This document shows positions 20,563 through 28,312 of a DNA stretch of 64,000 nt, in pieces. The notes beneath the pieces were generated by a model. It was not told where the DNA came from and did no database searches. It was given only the letters and a program-made list of their open reading frames with translations. Every line of letters starts with the position of its first letter. The first letter of the stretch is position 1. A program made the position numbers and the translations under genes. Source of the DNA: Dehalococcoidia bacterium (GTDB taxonomy: Bacteria > Chloroflexota > Dehalococcoidia > SZUA-161 > SpSt-899); assembly GCA_046545575.1 (NCBI GenBank), contig JBKGZM010000001.1, positions 2,729 through 66,728 on the forward strand. The letters are read 5' to 3'.

Positions 20563-20591
20563 TTGTTTGCCGGAAAGCTAAATGCTATAAT
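20563..20591 (+). promoter_or_regulatory. Sigma-70-like promoter of the MscS gene
   Basis: TTGTTT, a 17-nt spacer and TATAAT with an upstream TG (extended -10). Confidence 0.45.
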
Positions 20592-20635
20592 AATCCTCAC
20601 ATTTTGACAAGCTAGGCGCTTGGCGGAGAGTATCT

Positions 20636-21850
20636 ATGACCTGGTTTATGGAGAGTGGTATATGGATCATAGTAGCCGTGGTCGTTGCCACGCTGGTGTG
20701 GTGGGCCTGTAGAAAATGGGCACCCCGGTGGATTGCACTCCTGGTCAAAAAGATCACCCCCACCAAGGAGGATTGGAGTCGAGGAGCGCGGGTCACAGGC
20801 CACATCTTAGTCTATATATGGACAATTATAATAGCAGCCGCGCTCGTGCTGGCAATATTACCCCGTGTTGGAATAGATGTAGCCATCGCTACGAATGCCC
20901 TGAAAGACGCAGGGATTGCTGTACTGGAATGGTTGCGCGACAGTGGTATTAAAGTAGCGATAATCCTGGTAGTGGCATTTATCATCCAGCAAATATCCAA
21001 AAGTCTTATACCCAGATTTGTAAGTAGACATGTAACCAGGCAAAAAAAGCAACGACTTAAGGAGGAGGCCGAGCAGAGGGCAGAGACCCTTATCCATTTC
21101 CTCACAAGTACTATTACAGTGGTCATTTGGGCAATAGCTATCTTTACCATCCTCTCCGAGTTTAATATTAACATCGCTCCGCTTATGGCTGGTGCTGGTA
21201 TACTCGGCATTGCCATAGGTTTTGGGGCACAGAACCTCATTCGAGACCTGCTGGGTGGTATATTCATTATCATAGAAGATCAATACTCGGTGGGCGATTG
21301 GGTGGAAATAGCGGGCAAGAGTGGTGGTGTTGAATATCTGGGATTGAGAAGGACAATATTAAGAGACCTGAACGGTACACGCCACGTCGTCCCCAACGGG
21401 GAGATCAAAACCGCCAGCAACCTCAGTCAGGACTGGGGATGTGTAAATCTCAACATCCGTGTCGCATATGGTGAGGACCTGGACCAAGTAGCGGATATCC
21501 TGAATCGGGTAGGTAAAGAAATCAAGGAGGAAGAACCCTGGAGAGATATTATAATGGAGACGCCCACGGTTCTGCGCGTGGATAATTTCGACGATTCAGG
21601 AATCGAGTTAAAGATATGGGGAAAGACCAAACCTCTGCTGCAGTGGCGGGTCATGGGAGAGATGCGCAGAAGGATCAAGAGGACCTTTGACCAGGAAGGA
21701 ATAGCGATGCCATGGCCTTATATCAAGCTCTACCTGGGCGATAGGGTTGCCCTCAATACACTGTCAAAGTATGGGGAAGAGACGTCCTCGCGTCCTGAAC
21801 AAGGCCAAAATGAAAAGGGAGGAATGGGAGGTTCATCCTCGAAACAATAG
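20636..21850 (+). CDS. Mechanosensitive ion channel family protein (MscS-like)
   Basis: N-terminal transmembrane helices followed by an MscS beta-domain segment (IIEDQYSVGDWVEIAG..GGVEYLGLRRTILRDLNGTRHVVPNGEI). Confidence 0.85.
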   Translation: MTWFMESGIWIIVAVVVATLVWWACRKWAPRWIALLVKKITPTKEDWSRGARVTGHILVYIWTIIIAAALVLAILPRVGIDVAIATNALKDAGIAVLEWLRDSGIKVAIILVVAFIIQQISKSLIPRFVSRHVTRQKKQRLKEEAEQRAETLIHFLTSTITVVIWAIAIFTILSEFNINIAPLMAGAGILGIAIGFGAQNLIRDLLGGIFIIIEDQYSVGDWVEIAGKSGGVEYLGLRRTILRDLNGTRHVVPNGEIKTASNLSQDWGCVNLNIRVAYGEDLDQVADILNRVGKEIKEEEPWRDIIMETPTVLRVDNFDDSGIELKIWGKTKPLLQWRVMGEMRRRIKRTFDQEGIAMPWPYIKLYLGDRVALNTLSKYGEETSSRPEQGQNEKGGMGGSSSKQ

Positions 21851-22164
21851 AGCCGATAACCAAGAACTTCCCCCACAGATAATACCCAGACAAACGAATT
21901 AAATAGCTTGAGGCTTAAGCTTATGATACATCTGGAATGCCATTGTATACTTTTTTGACACCGTGCTTTACGCTAAACATCTGGTGGTTGCAACATGGTA
22001 TACAGTTATGATATAAATTAATTTAACAAATCCCAGCAGCCAAGGGTTGTAAAGAGAGAAGCTGATGGACCCGCCTGATGTGAACATGACCAGCGATAGA
22101 GGTTTTTACCAAAGCTTCCCTCAGAAGCTAATTGAGGGCTTAGTCAAAGGAGACAGGTGAGTTC

Positions 22165-22189
22165 GACCTCCTCCCGTATGGGGGAGGTC
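22165..22189 (+). terminator. Hairpin with a T-rich tail in the hdr leader region
   Basis: GACCTCC(T)CCC-GTAT-GGGGGAGGTC followed by TTTGTGT. It lies directly after a 31-codon sORF (22065-22160). Confidence 0.3.
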
Positions 22190-22266
22190 TTTGTGTACCA
22201 AGGTTTGCATTTTAGGGGACTTATTGATACCATATTACTAACATCTTGCACCTTGTTAGAGATAAA

Positions 22267-22290
22267 GAAAAAGCTTGTGATAAGCTTTTT
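22267..22290. promoter_or_regulatory. Inverted repeat immediately upstream of the hdrC RBS
   Basis: AAAAAGCTT-GTGAT-AAGCTTTTT (9-bp arms), ending 2 nt before AAGGAGG. Confidence 0.3.
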
Positions 22291-22305
22291 GCAAGGAGGC
22301 GATAA

Positions 22306-22875
22306 ATGACAGCAATTACAGAAACGCCACCAACTCGCGAGAAAACATTCTTGGAGGAAGTTGCGTCAAGACCCGGGGGAGAGGATATCAACTCCTGCAT
22401 CCAATGCGGAACATGCACGGCATCCTGCCCCAATGCCAAGATAATGGATTACACTCCTCGGGAAATGATTGCTTTAACACGCGCGGGAGAGCGCAAGAAG
22501 GTCCTGTCCAGCAACTCAATGTGGGTATGTGCCTCCTGCTACATGTGTACTGTGCGGTGCCCCCGAGACATCAAGCCGACAGACCTGATGCATGCTTTCG
22601 AGGCACTGGCCATCCAGCATGGGATGGCTACAAGGCGAGTAGGTACTCCTATTGCTTATCAAGCGTTTGTTGACTCAATTAAGAGTAATGGCCGGGTCCA
22701 TGAGTTCGGCATGATGTTCAAATACTACTTAAAGACCAATCCCTTCGCCGCCCTTAAAATGTCCGGCTTAGCGCTAAAATTACTAACTCACAGGCGAATG
22801 TCCCTTACAGCCGACAAGATAAAGGGCGTTGATCAAGTCAAGAAAATCGCTGAAAAGGCGAAAACTCTGGAATGA
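22306..22875 (+). CDS. hdrC: Heterodisulfide reductase subunit C-like (2x[4Fe-4S])
   Basis: CIQCGTCTASCPNA and CASCYMCTVRCPRDI in a 189-aa protein upstream of hdrB. Confidence 0.85.
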   Translation: MTAITETPPTREKTFLEEVASRPGGEDINSCIQCGTCTASCPNAKIMDYTPREMIALTRAGERKKVLSSNSMWVCASCYMCTVRCPRDIKPTDLMHAFEALAIQHGMATRRVGTPIAYQAFVDSIKSNGRVHEFGMMFKYYLKTNPFAALKMSGLALKLLTHRRMSLTADKIKGVDQVKKIAEKAKTLE

Positions 22876-22913
22876 CCCTTTACCCGCCAATAGTTACAGT
22901 TAGGAGGTAGCCG

Positions 22914-23786
22914 ATGAGATACTATTCATATTTTCCAGGTTGCTCGGCCAAGGGCACAGCGGTAGGATATGAAATCTCCATCCAGGCCATTAAGAGTTCG
23001 CTGGAGATGGATCTGGCTGAGCTGGACGATTGGAACTGCTGTGGGACTACGCCTTACGCTTCTACAGACGAGCTGGGGGCAATATGCATCGCCGCTCGCA
23101 ACCTGGCATTGGCGGAGAAAACTGGTCTCGATCTGGTGACCGCTTGCAGCGCGTGTTATGTCACACTTGCGAGAGCAAATTCCTTTATCAAGCTCTATCC
23201 TGACATCAAGGAAAAGGTAAATCAGGCCCTGTCAGAGGTCGGACTGGAGTATAAAGGGACCGTTAAGGTGCGGCACTTGCTGGAGGTCATAATCAACGAT
23301 ATCACCCTGGAATCCGTTTCTTCCAAGGTGATAAACCCACTCGATGGACTTAGGGTGGCTCCATACTATGGATGCCAATTGGTCCGCCCCGATCTGGGAT
23401 TTGATGACCCCGAGAATCCCCAAACACTGGATCGTTTGATCACGAGCCTGGGAGCAGAGGCCACACCTTTCCAAAATAAGAACCGGTGCTGCGGAAGCTC
23501 TCTAGTGATAGCGGAGCCAAAGGTAGCATTCAGACTCATTCGTGATGTGCTTGCCAGCGCACAAGAGGGCAACGCGCAATGCATAATTACCGCATGTCCA
23601 TTGTGTCAGACCAATCTGGATGCTTATCAAGGTATGGTAAACAGCGAGTTCAAAACCAAGTTCGATCTCCCTGTTTTATTCTTCACCCAGCTTATCGGCC
23701 TTGCTCTGGGTATCGACGCCAAGACATTGGGCATAGACACAGCAATAGTATCGCCCAAGAAGGTAATGGCAGCGATAACGAAATAA
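22914..23786 (+). CDS. hdrB: Heterodisulfide reductase subunit B-like (two CCG domains)
   Basis: NCCGTTPY...CSACY and RCCGSS...CPLCQ. Confidence 0.85.
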   Translation: MRYYSYFPGCSAKGTAVGYEISIQAIKSSLEMDLAELDDWNCCGTTPYASTDELGAICIAARNLALAEKTGLDLVTACSACYVTLARANSFIKLYPDIKEKVNQALSEVGLEYKGTVKVRHLLEVIINDITLESVSSKVINPLDGLRVAPYYGCQLVRPDLGFDDPENPQTLDRLITSLGAEATPFQNKNRCCGSSLVIAEPKVAFRLIRDVLASAQEGNAQCIITACPLCQTNLDAYQGMVNSEFKTKFDLPVLFFTQLIGLALGIDAKTLGIDTAIVSPKKVMAAITK

Positions 23787-23863
23787 CTGTGGCAACCGAG
23801 GTCGGTTAATCAACCTTAACTGACCTTTAATCAATGAAATCAATATACAAAAGGGGTGTGCAA

Positions 23864-26800
23864 ATGGAAGAGCCAAGAATCGGTGTTTACATTTGTCACT
23901 GTGGAAGTAACATCGCGGGAACGGTGAACTGTGAGGACGTATCCGCTTTCGCGCAGGATCTGCCTGGAGTGACCATAGCTCGCGACTACAAGTACATGTG
24001 TTCGGACCCCGGGCAGAACCTCATCAAAGAGGACATCAAAAACCTCAATGTCAACCGTGTTGTTGTAGCTTCCTGCTCGCCGCGGATGCACGAACCCACA
24101 TACCGACGCTGTATTCAGGAAGCAGGATTAAATCCATACCTGTTTGAGATGGCCAATATCAGGGAACATTGCTCCTGGGTTCACCCAAACGAACCTGAGA
24201 AAGCTACGGAAAAGGCTAAAGCGCTGGTTCGCGGCGCAGTACAGAAAGTCTACTATCACGAGCCACTGGAGACAAGGGAGGTTCCGGTAAATCCCAGTGT
24301 CTTGATTATGGGTGGAGGAATTGCAGGTATCCAGGCCGCTCTCGAAATCGCCAGTTCTGAAAACAAGGTATACTTGGTAGAACGTGAGCCTTCTATTGGC
24401 GGTCACATGGCTCAACTCGACAAGACCTTCCCTACCCTTGACTGTTCAGCCTGTATCCTCACCCCCAAGATGAGTCTTGTAGGAGCTCATCCAAATATCG
24501 AGCTCCTGACTTACAGTGAGGTAGAAGAGGTAGCAGGCTATGTTGGCAATTTCGAGGTTAAGGTAAGGGAAAAGGCTCGATTTGTCGATGAAGAAAAATG
24601 CACCGGATGCGGTGAATGTACCAGGGCATGTCCTGTAGAAATCCCTTCCAAGTTCGAGTTGGGAATGACCAACACAAAGGCCATAGCAACGTCCTTCGCC
24701 CAGGCCGTTCCCAATGTCGCTTCCATCTATAAACGTGAGGGAGGTGCCTGGCCCCCCTGTCGCTTTACATGCCCCGCCGGAGTAAATGCTCAGGGGTACA
24801 TCGCCCTCATCTCTCAGGGCAATTTCAAGGAAGCGGCCGAGGTCGTGAGAAAAACCATGCCGTTCCCAGGCATTCTGGGGAGGGTATGTACACATCCATG
24901 CGAATCGGAGTGTGAGCGAGCAAAGCTCGATGAACCAATGGCCATCAGGGCTCTTAAGCGTTCAGCTGCTGACTATGAGAGGAAAGTGGGCAGGGAAAAA
25001 GCAAGCCCTGTAGAGATAACCAAGAAAGGGAAGATCGCGGTCGTGGGTTCAGGCCCAGCCGGCCTCGCATGTGCCTATGACCTCATACGCGAAGGATACC
25101 CTGTGACGGTATTTGAGGCAATGCCCGAAGCCGGGGGAATGCTTCGGTACGGCATTCCCGAATATCGCTTGCCAAAGGACGTGCTGGACAGCGAGATCAG
25201 CTACATAGAGGAACTTGGAGTAGAGATCAAGACAAACAATCCGATCAACGATATCGGTCAGCTTTTCAACGAGGGGTATAAAGCCATATTCATGAGTAAC
25301 GGCGCCTGGACAAGCCAGAAGATGAGAATAGAAGGGGAGGATGCAAACGGGGTGCTCCATGCGCTGGACTTCCTGAAGCGCGTCAATTCCGGAGATCAAA
25401 CCCAAATAGGCAAAAAGGTAGCCGTTGTCGGCGGTGGCAATGCTGCCATCGATGCTGCCAGGGTAGCATGGCGATTAGGCGCTGAGGAGGTAAGCATCGT
25501 CTACCGGCGCTCACGGGAAGAGATGCCCGCGGAAAAGAGTGAAATCGAGGAAACTGAAAGGGAAGGTATCAACATACAGTTCCTGGCAGCACCAAACAAA
25601 GTTCTAAGTGAAGGCAATAAGGTCAGTGGCATAGAGTGCACGCGAATGGAACTAGGTGAGCCTGATGCCAGTGGCCGACGTCGGCCCGTGCCCGTAAAAG
25701 GGTCTGAGTTCACTCTGGATGTAGACAACGTCATCATTGCCATCGGACAGGGCGTCGACAAGGAAGCACTGCCTGAGGAGCTTGAATACACTCAATGGAA
25801 TACCCTCTCAGTTGATGAGATTACTTTGGAGACGAACATCGACGGCGTATTCGCCGGTGGTGACGTAGTTTCCGGCCCAGCCTCGGTAATCGACGCTGTT
25901 GCTGCAGGCAAGGAAGCCGCTACATCAATTGACCGCTACATCAGGGATGTGGACATGAAAGAGGGCAGACCAGAGGAGAGGAGAAAGGTGTCCGATGTGC
26001 CCAAAGAGGGTGTTGCCAGTGCTTCGAGAAGTTCCATGTCCACCATTGAAGTTGATAAGCGGGTCCGTTCCTTCGCTGAAGTCGAGCAGGGCTTTGATGA
26101 AAATACAGCAATAGAGGAAGCCAAGCGCTGCTTGAATTGTGCCGGGTGTGCGGATTGTCGAGAGTGCGAGAAGGTCTGTGAGGCCGGGGCCATCAATCAC
26201 AGCATGCAGGACGAGATCCTGAACCTGGAAGTAGGAAACATAATCGTAACCACTGGCTTCCAAGCCTTCGACCCAACACCGATTTACCAATACGGGTATC
26301 ATCGCCTGGATAATGTTGTTACCGGCCTGGAGTTCGAACGTCTGATAAGCGCATCAGGTCCAACCGAAGGGCATATAGCACTTAAGAATGGAGAAGAGCC
26401 GGATAGTGTGGCTATTATCCATTGTGTAGGAAGCCGGGATGCCAAATACCACGAGTACTGTTCGCGGGTCTGCTGCATGTATTCCATGAAGTATGCCCAT
26501 TTACTCAGGGAACACGTCCCGAACGCCAGGATATATGAATTCTACATTGACCTGAGATGCTTCGGCAAAGGCTATGAAGAATTCTACAACCGGATGCTGA
26601 AGGAGGATATCACCTTCATTCGCGGCCGGCCCGGCGAGATCACACAGGAGGACGGCAAACTGGTAGTCCATGCCGAAGATACGCTGGCTTCCATCATGCG
26701 TGATATACCGGTCGACATGGCAATCCTGAGCATAGGCCTGGAGCCACAGGAAGATGCCGATGAGGTCTCCAAACTACTCAAGATGAGCAGAAGCGCGGAT

Positions 26801-27205
26801 GGCTTCTTTATGGAGAGTCATCCCAAGCTAGAGCCAGTATCCACACCCACAAAGGGAGTATTCATCGCCGGCTGCTGCCAGGGGCCCAAGGATATCCCTG
26901 ACACGGTAGCTCAGGCTTCAGGGGCAGCGGCGGAGGCTCTGGCCATGATCAGCAGAGGAAAGGTTGAAGTGGAAGCAGCTACCTCCGTGGTGGACGAAGA
27001 CCTTTGCTCCGGCTGCAAAACATGTGTATCACTATGCCCCTATGGCGCGATTTCGTTCGATGAAGAGAAAAAGGTGGCTGTCATAAACGAGGTGCTGTGC
27101 GAAGGGTGTGGTCTATGTGCCGCTACCTGCCCTTCAGGCGCTATCAAGGCCAGGCACTTCACGACACAGGAGATCATGGCGCAGATCGAGGGCATTCTGG
27201 TTTGA
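23864..27205 (+). CDS. hdrL: HdrA-like flavoprotein with an inserted NfnB/GltD-like NAD(P)H:FAD module (HdrL-type)
   Basis: HdrA N-terminus (RIGVYICHCGSNIAG; IMGGGIAGIQAA). A GltD-like insert spans about 24750-25950 (PPCRFTCPAG; VVGSGPAGLACAYDL; VVGGGNAAIDAAR). It is followed by an HdrA C-terminus (HCVGSRD..YCSRVCCMY) and a terminal 2x[4Fe-4S] region (CSGCKTCVSLCP; CEGCGLCAATCP). ATG 23864 follows AAAGGGG. Confidence 0.8.
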   Translation: MEEPRIGVYICHCGSNIAGTVNCEDVSAFAQDLPGVTIARDYKYMCSDPGQNLIKEDIKNLNVNRVVVASCSPRMHEPTYRRCIQEAGLNPYLFEMANIREHCSWVHPNEPEKATEKAKALVRGAVQKVYYHEPLETREVPVNPSVLIMGGGIAGIQAALEIASSENKVYLVEREPSIGGHMAQLDKTFPTLDCSACILTPKMSLVGAHPNIELLTYSEVEEVAGYVGNFEVKVREKARFVDEEKCTGCGECTRACPVEIPSKFELGMTNTKAIATSFAQAVPNVASIYKREGGAWPPCRFTCPAGVNAQGYIALISQGNFKEAAEVVRKTMPFPGILGRVCTHPCESECERAKLDEPMAIRALKRSAADYERKVGREKASPVEITKKGKIAVVGSGPAGLACAYDLIREGYPVTVFEAMPEAGGMLRYGIPEYRLPKDVLDSEISYIEELGVEIKTNNPINDIGQLFNEGYKAIFMSNGAWTSQKMRIEGEDANGVLHALDFLKRVNSGDQTQIGKKVAVVGGGNAAIDAARVAWRLGAEEVSIVYRRSREEMPAEKSEIEETEREGINIQFLAAPNKVLSEGNKVSGIECTRMELGEPDASGRRRPVPVKGSEFTLDVDNVIIAIGQGVDKEALPEELEYTQWNTLSVDEITLETNIDGVFAGGDVVSGPASVIDAVAAGKEAATSIDRYIRDVDMKEGRPEERRKVSDVPKEGVASASRSSMSTIEVDKRVRSFAEVEQGFDENTAIEEAKRCLNCAGCADCRECEKVCEAGAINHSMQDEILNLEVGNIIVTTGFQAFDPTPIYQYGYHRLDNVVTGLEFERLISASGPTEGHIALKNGEEPDSVAIIHCVGSRDAKYHEYCSRVCCMYSMKYAHLLREHVPNARIYEFYIDLRCFGKGYEEFYNRMLKEDITFIRGRPGEITQEDGKLVVHAEDTLASIMRDIPVDMAILSIGLEPQEDADEVSKLLKMSRSADGFFMESHPKLEPVSTPTKGVFIAGCCQGPKDIPDTVAQASGAAAEALAMISRGKVEVEAATSVVDEDLCSGCKTCVSLCPYGAISFDEEKKVAVINEVLCEGCGLCAATCPSGAIKARHFTTQEIMAQIEGILV

Positions 27206-27223
27206 GCTTTGTCATGTGTGGAT

Positions 27224-28312
27224 ATGGAACAGATTCAGTCTCCGCGGATGCAGCAAGAGCAGCGGCATGTTCTTCGCATAGAGCAAGCCAACCTCCTGCA
27301 GATGTCTGAGGAGGAATTTCAGAGCTTAGTTGCTCAAATAGAAAAGAGCTCTCTCTTTAAGAAGCTCTACAAATCAGAAAACATAATCCATTACCAGCGA
27401 TTCCCCAAGACTGATATCTCCGCTCGCTGCTACGAGCTCAAGGAAAACATCCTCGCTGACGAGGGCTCTCTCGATGTGGAGCCCCTTCTGCAGCAGAGAG
27501 GGGAAGTGGTGGAGCTTATACAAAAGATAGGGCTGGAGAAGTTCAAGGAGTTCTTCCTCTTTCCCGACCCCGAGATTACCGCAGAGCATATCGCACAGGA
27601 GTGTAATATAAGTCTCTCCCAGGTGCACAGGATAAACGAATTCATCACCGACTTTTCCGCCATGAGCGAGTTCTATCATCCTTCAGCGATCAGCCCGGAG
27701 GAGAGAGTCCATTACTCCAAGGTCGCTTCAATAGAACGAGCACATGACGGCTTTGTTATCGGCTATTACCCCCCATCACTTGCCAGGGGAAGATATTCGA
27801 TTAACTACGAAAAATTTGAGAAAATAATAAATGAGAGGTTAACTGAGGCAGAGGGTAAGGAAGCAAGGAAGCTGTTCAGGAAACTGGAGTTGATAAATGT
27901 GCGCAAAGATACGCTGACGCAGATATTGCAAAATGTGGTGGAGAAGCAGAAACTATATTTGGACACCGGGGATGCGATGTCTCTCCTTCCGTTAAGTCAG
28001 AAGGAAATGGCCAACCAAATAGGACTGGATTCAAGCACGGTCAGCCGTACTATTCACGGGAAAAGCGTGGAGACGCCATGGGGAGAGGAGAAACCGATTA
28101 AAGATTTCTTCGCACATCCCAAGGACTTCAAGAAAGAGGCGCTTAAGAGAGTCTTTGAATCCGAAAGACGACCTCTCAGCGACCAGGCGATCAAAGAGAA
28201 ACTGGAGGAGTCAGGTATATTACTTTCCCGGCGCTCGATAGTGAACTTGAGGCAGGAGCTGAGAATGCCTTCATCACGAAAACGGTTTAAGAAACAGGAA
28301 AGCACAAAATGA
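27224..28312 (+). CDS. rpoN: Compact sigma-54 (RpoN) family sigma factor homolog
   Basis: Gln/Leu-rich region I (MQQEQRHVLRIEQANLLQMSEEEF). HTH segment LPLSQKEMANQIGLDSSTVSRTIHGKSVETPWGEEKPIKDFF. RpoN-box-like C-terminus PLSDQAIKEKLEESGILLSRRSIVNLRQELRMPSSRKR, compared with the canonical ARRTVAKYR. About 362 aa. Confidence 0.75.
   Translation: MEQIQSPRMQQEQRHVLRIEQANLLQMSEEEFQSLVAQIEKSSLFKKLYKSENIIHYQRFPKTDISARCYELKENILADEGSLDVEPLLQQRGEVVELIQKIGLEKFKEFFLFPDPEITAEHIAQECNISLSQVHRINEFITDFSAMSEFYHPSAISPEERVHYSKVASIERAHDGFVIGYYPPSLARGRYSINYEKFEKIINERLTEAEGKEARKLFRKLELINVRKDTLTQILQNVVEKQKLYLDTGDAMSLLPLSQKEMANQIGLDSSTVSRTIHGKSVETPWGEEKPIKDFFAHPKDFKKEALKRVFESERRPLSDQAIKEKLEESGILLSRRSIVNLRQELRMPSSRKRFKKQESTK

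Noticed and set aside
22194-22209. A sigma-54-like site, TGTACCAAGGTTTGCA, upstream of hdrC
   Set aside because: The -12 half, TTGCA, is good. However, the essential -24 GG dinucleotide is absent, reading TGT.
23864-27205. Selenocysteine (in-frame TGA) recoding in hdrL, mvhD, mvhA or the molybdoenzyme
   Set aside because: All of these ORFs are continuous with Cys at the expected positions. I found no split-ORF pattern and no adjacent SECIS-like hairpin.
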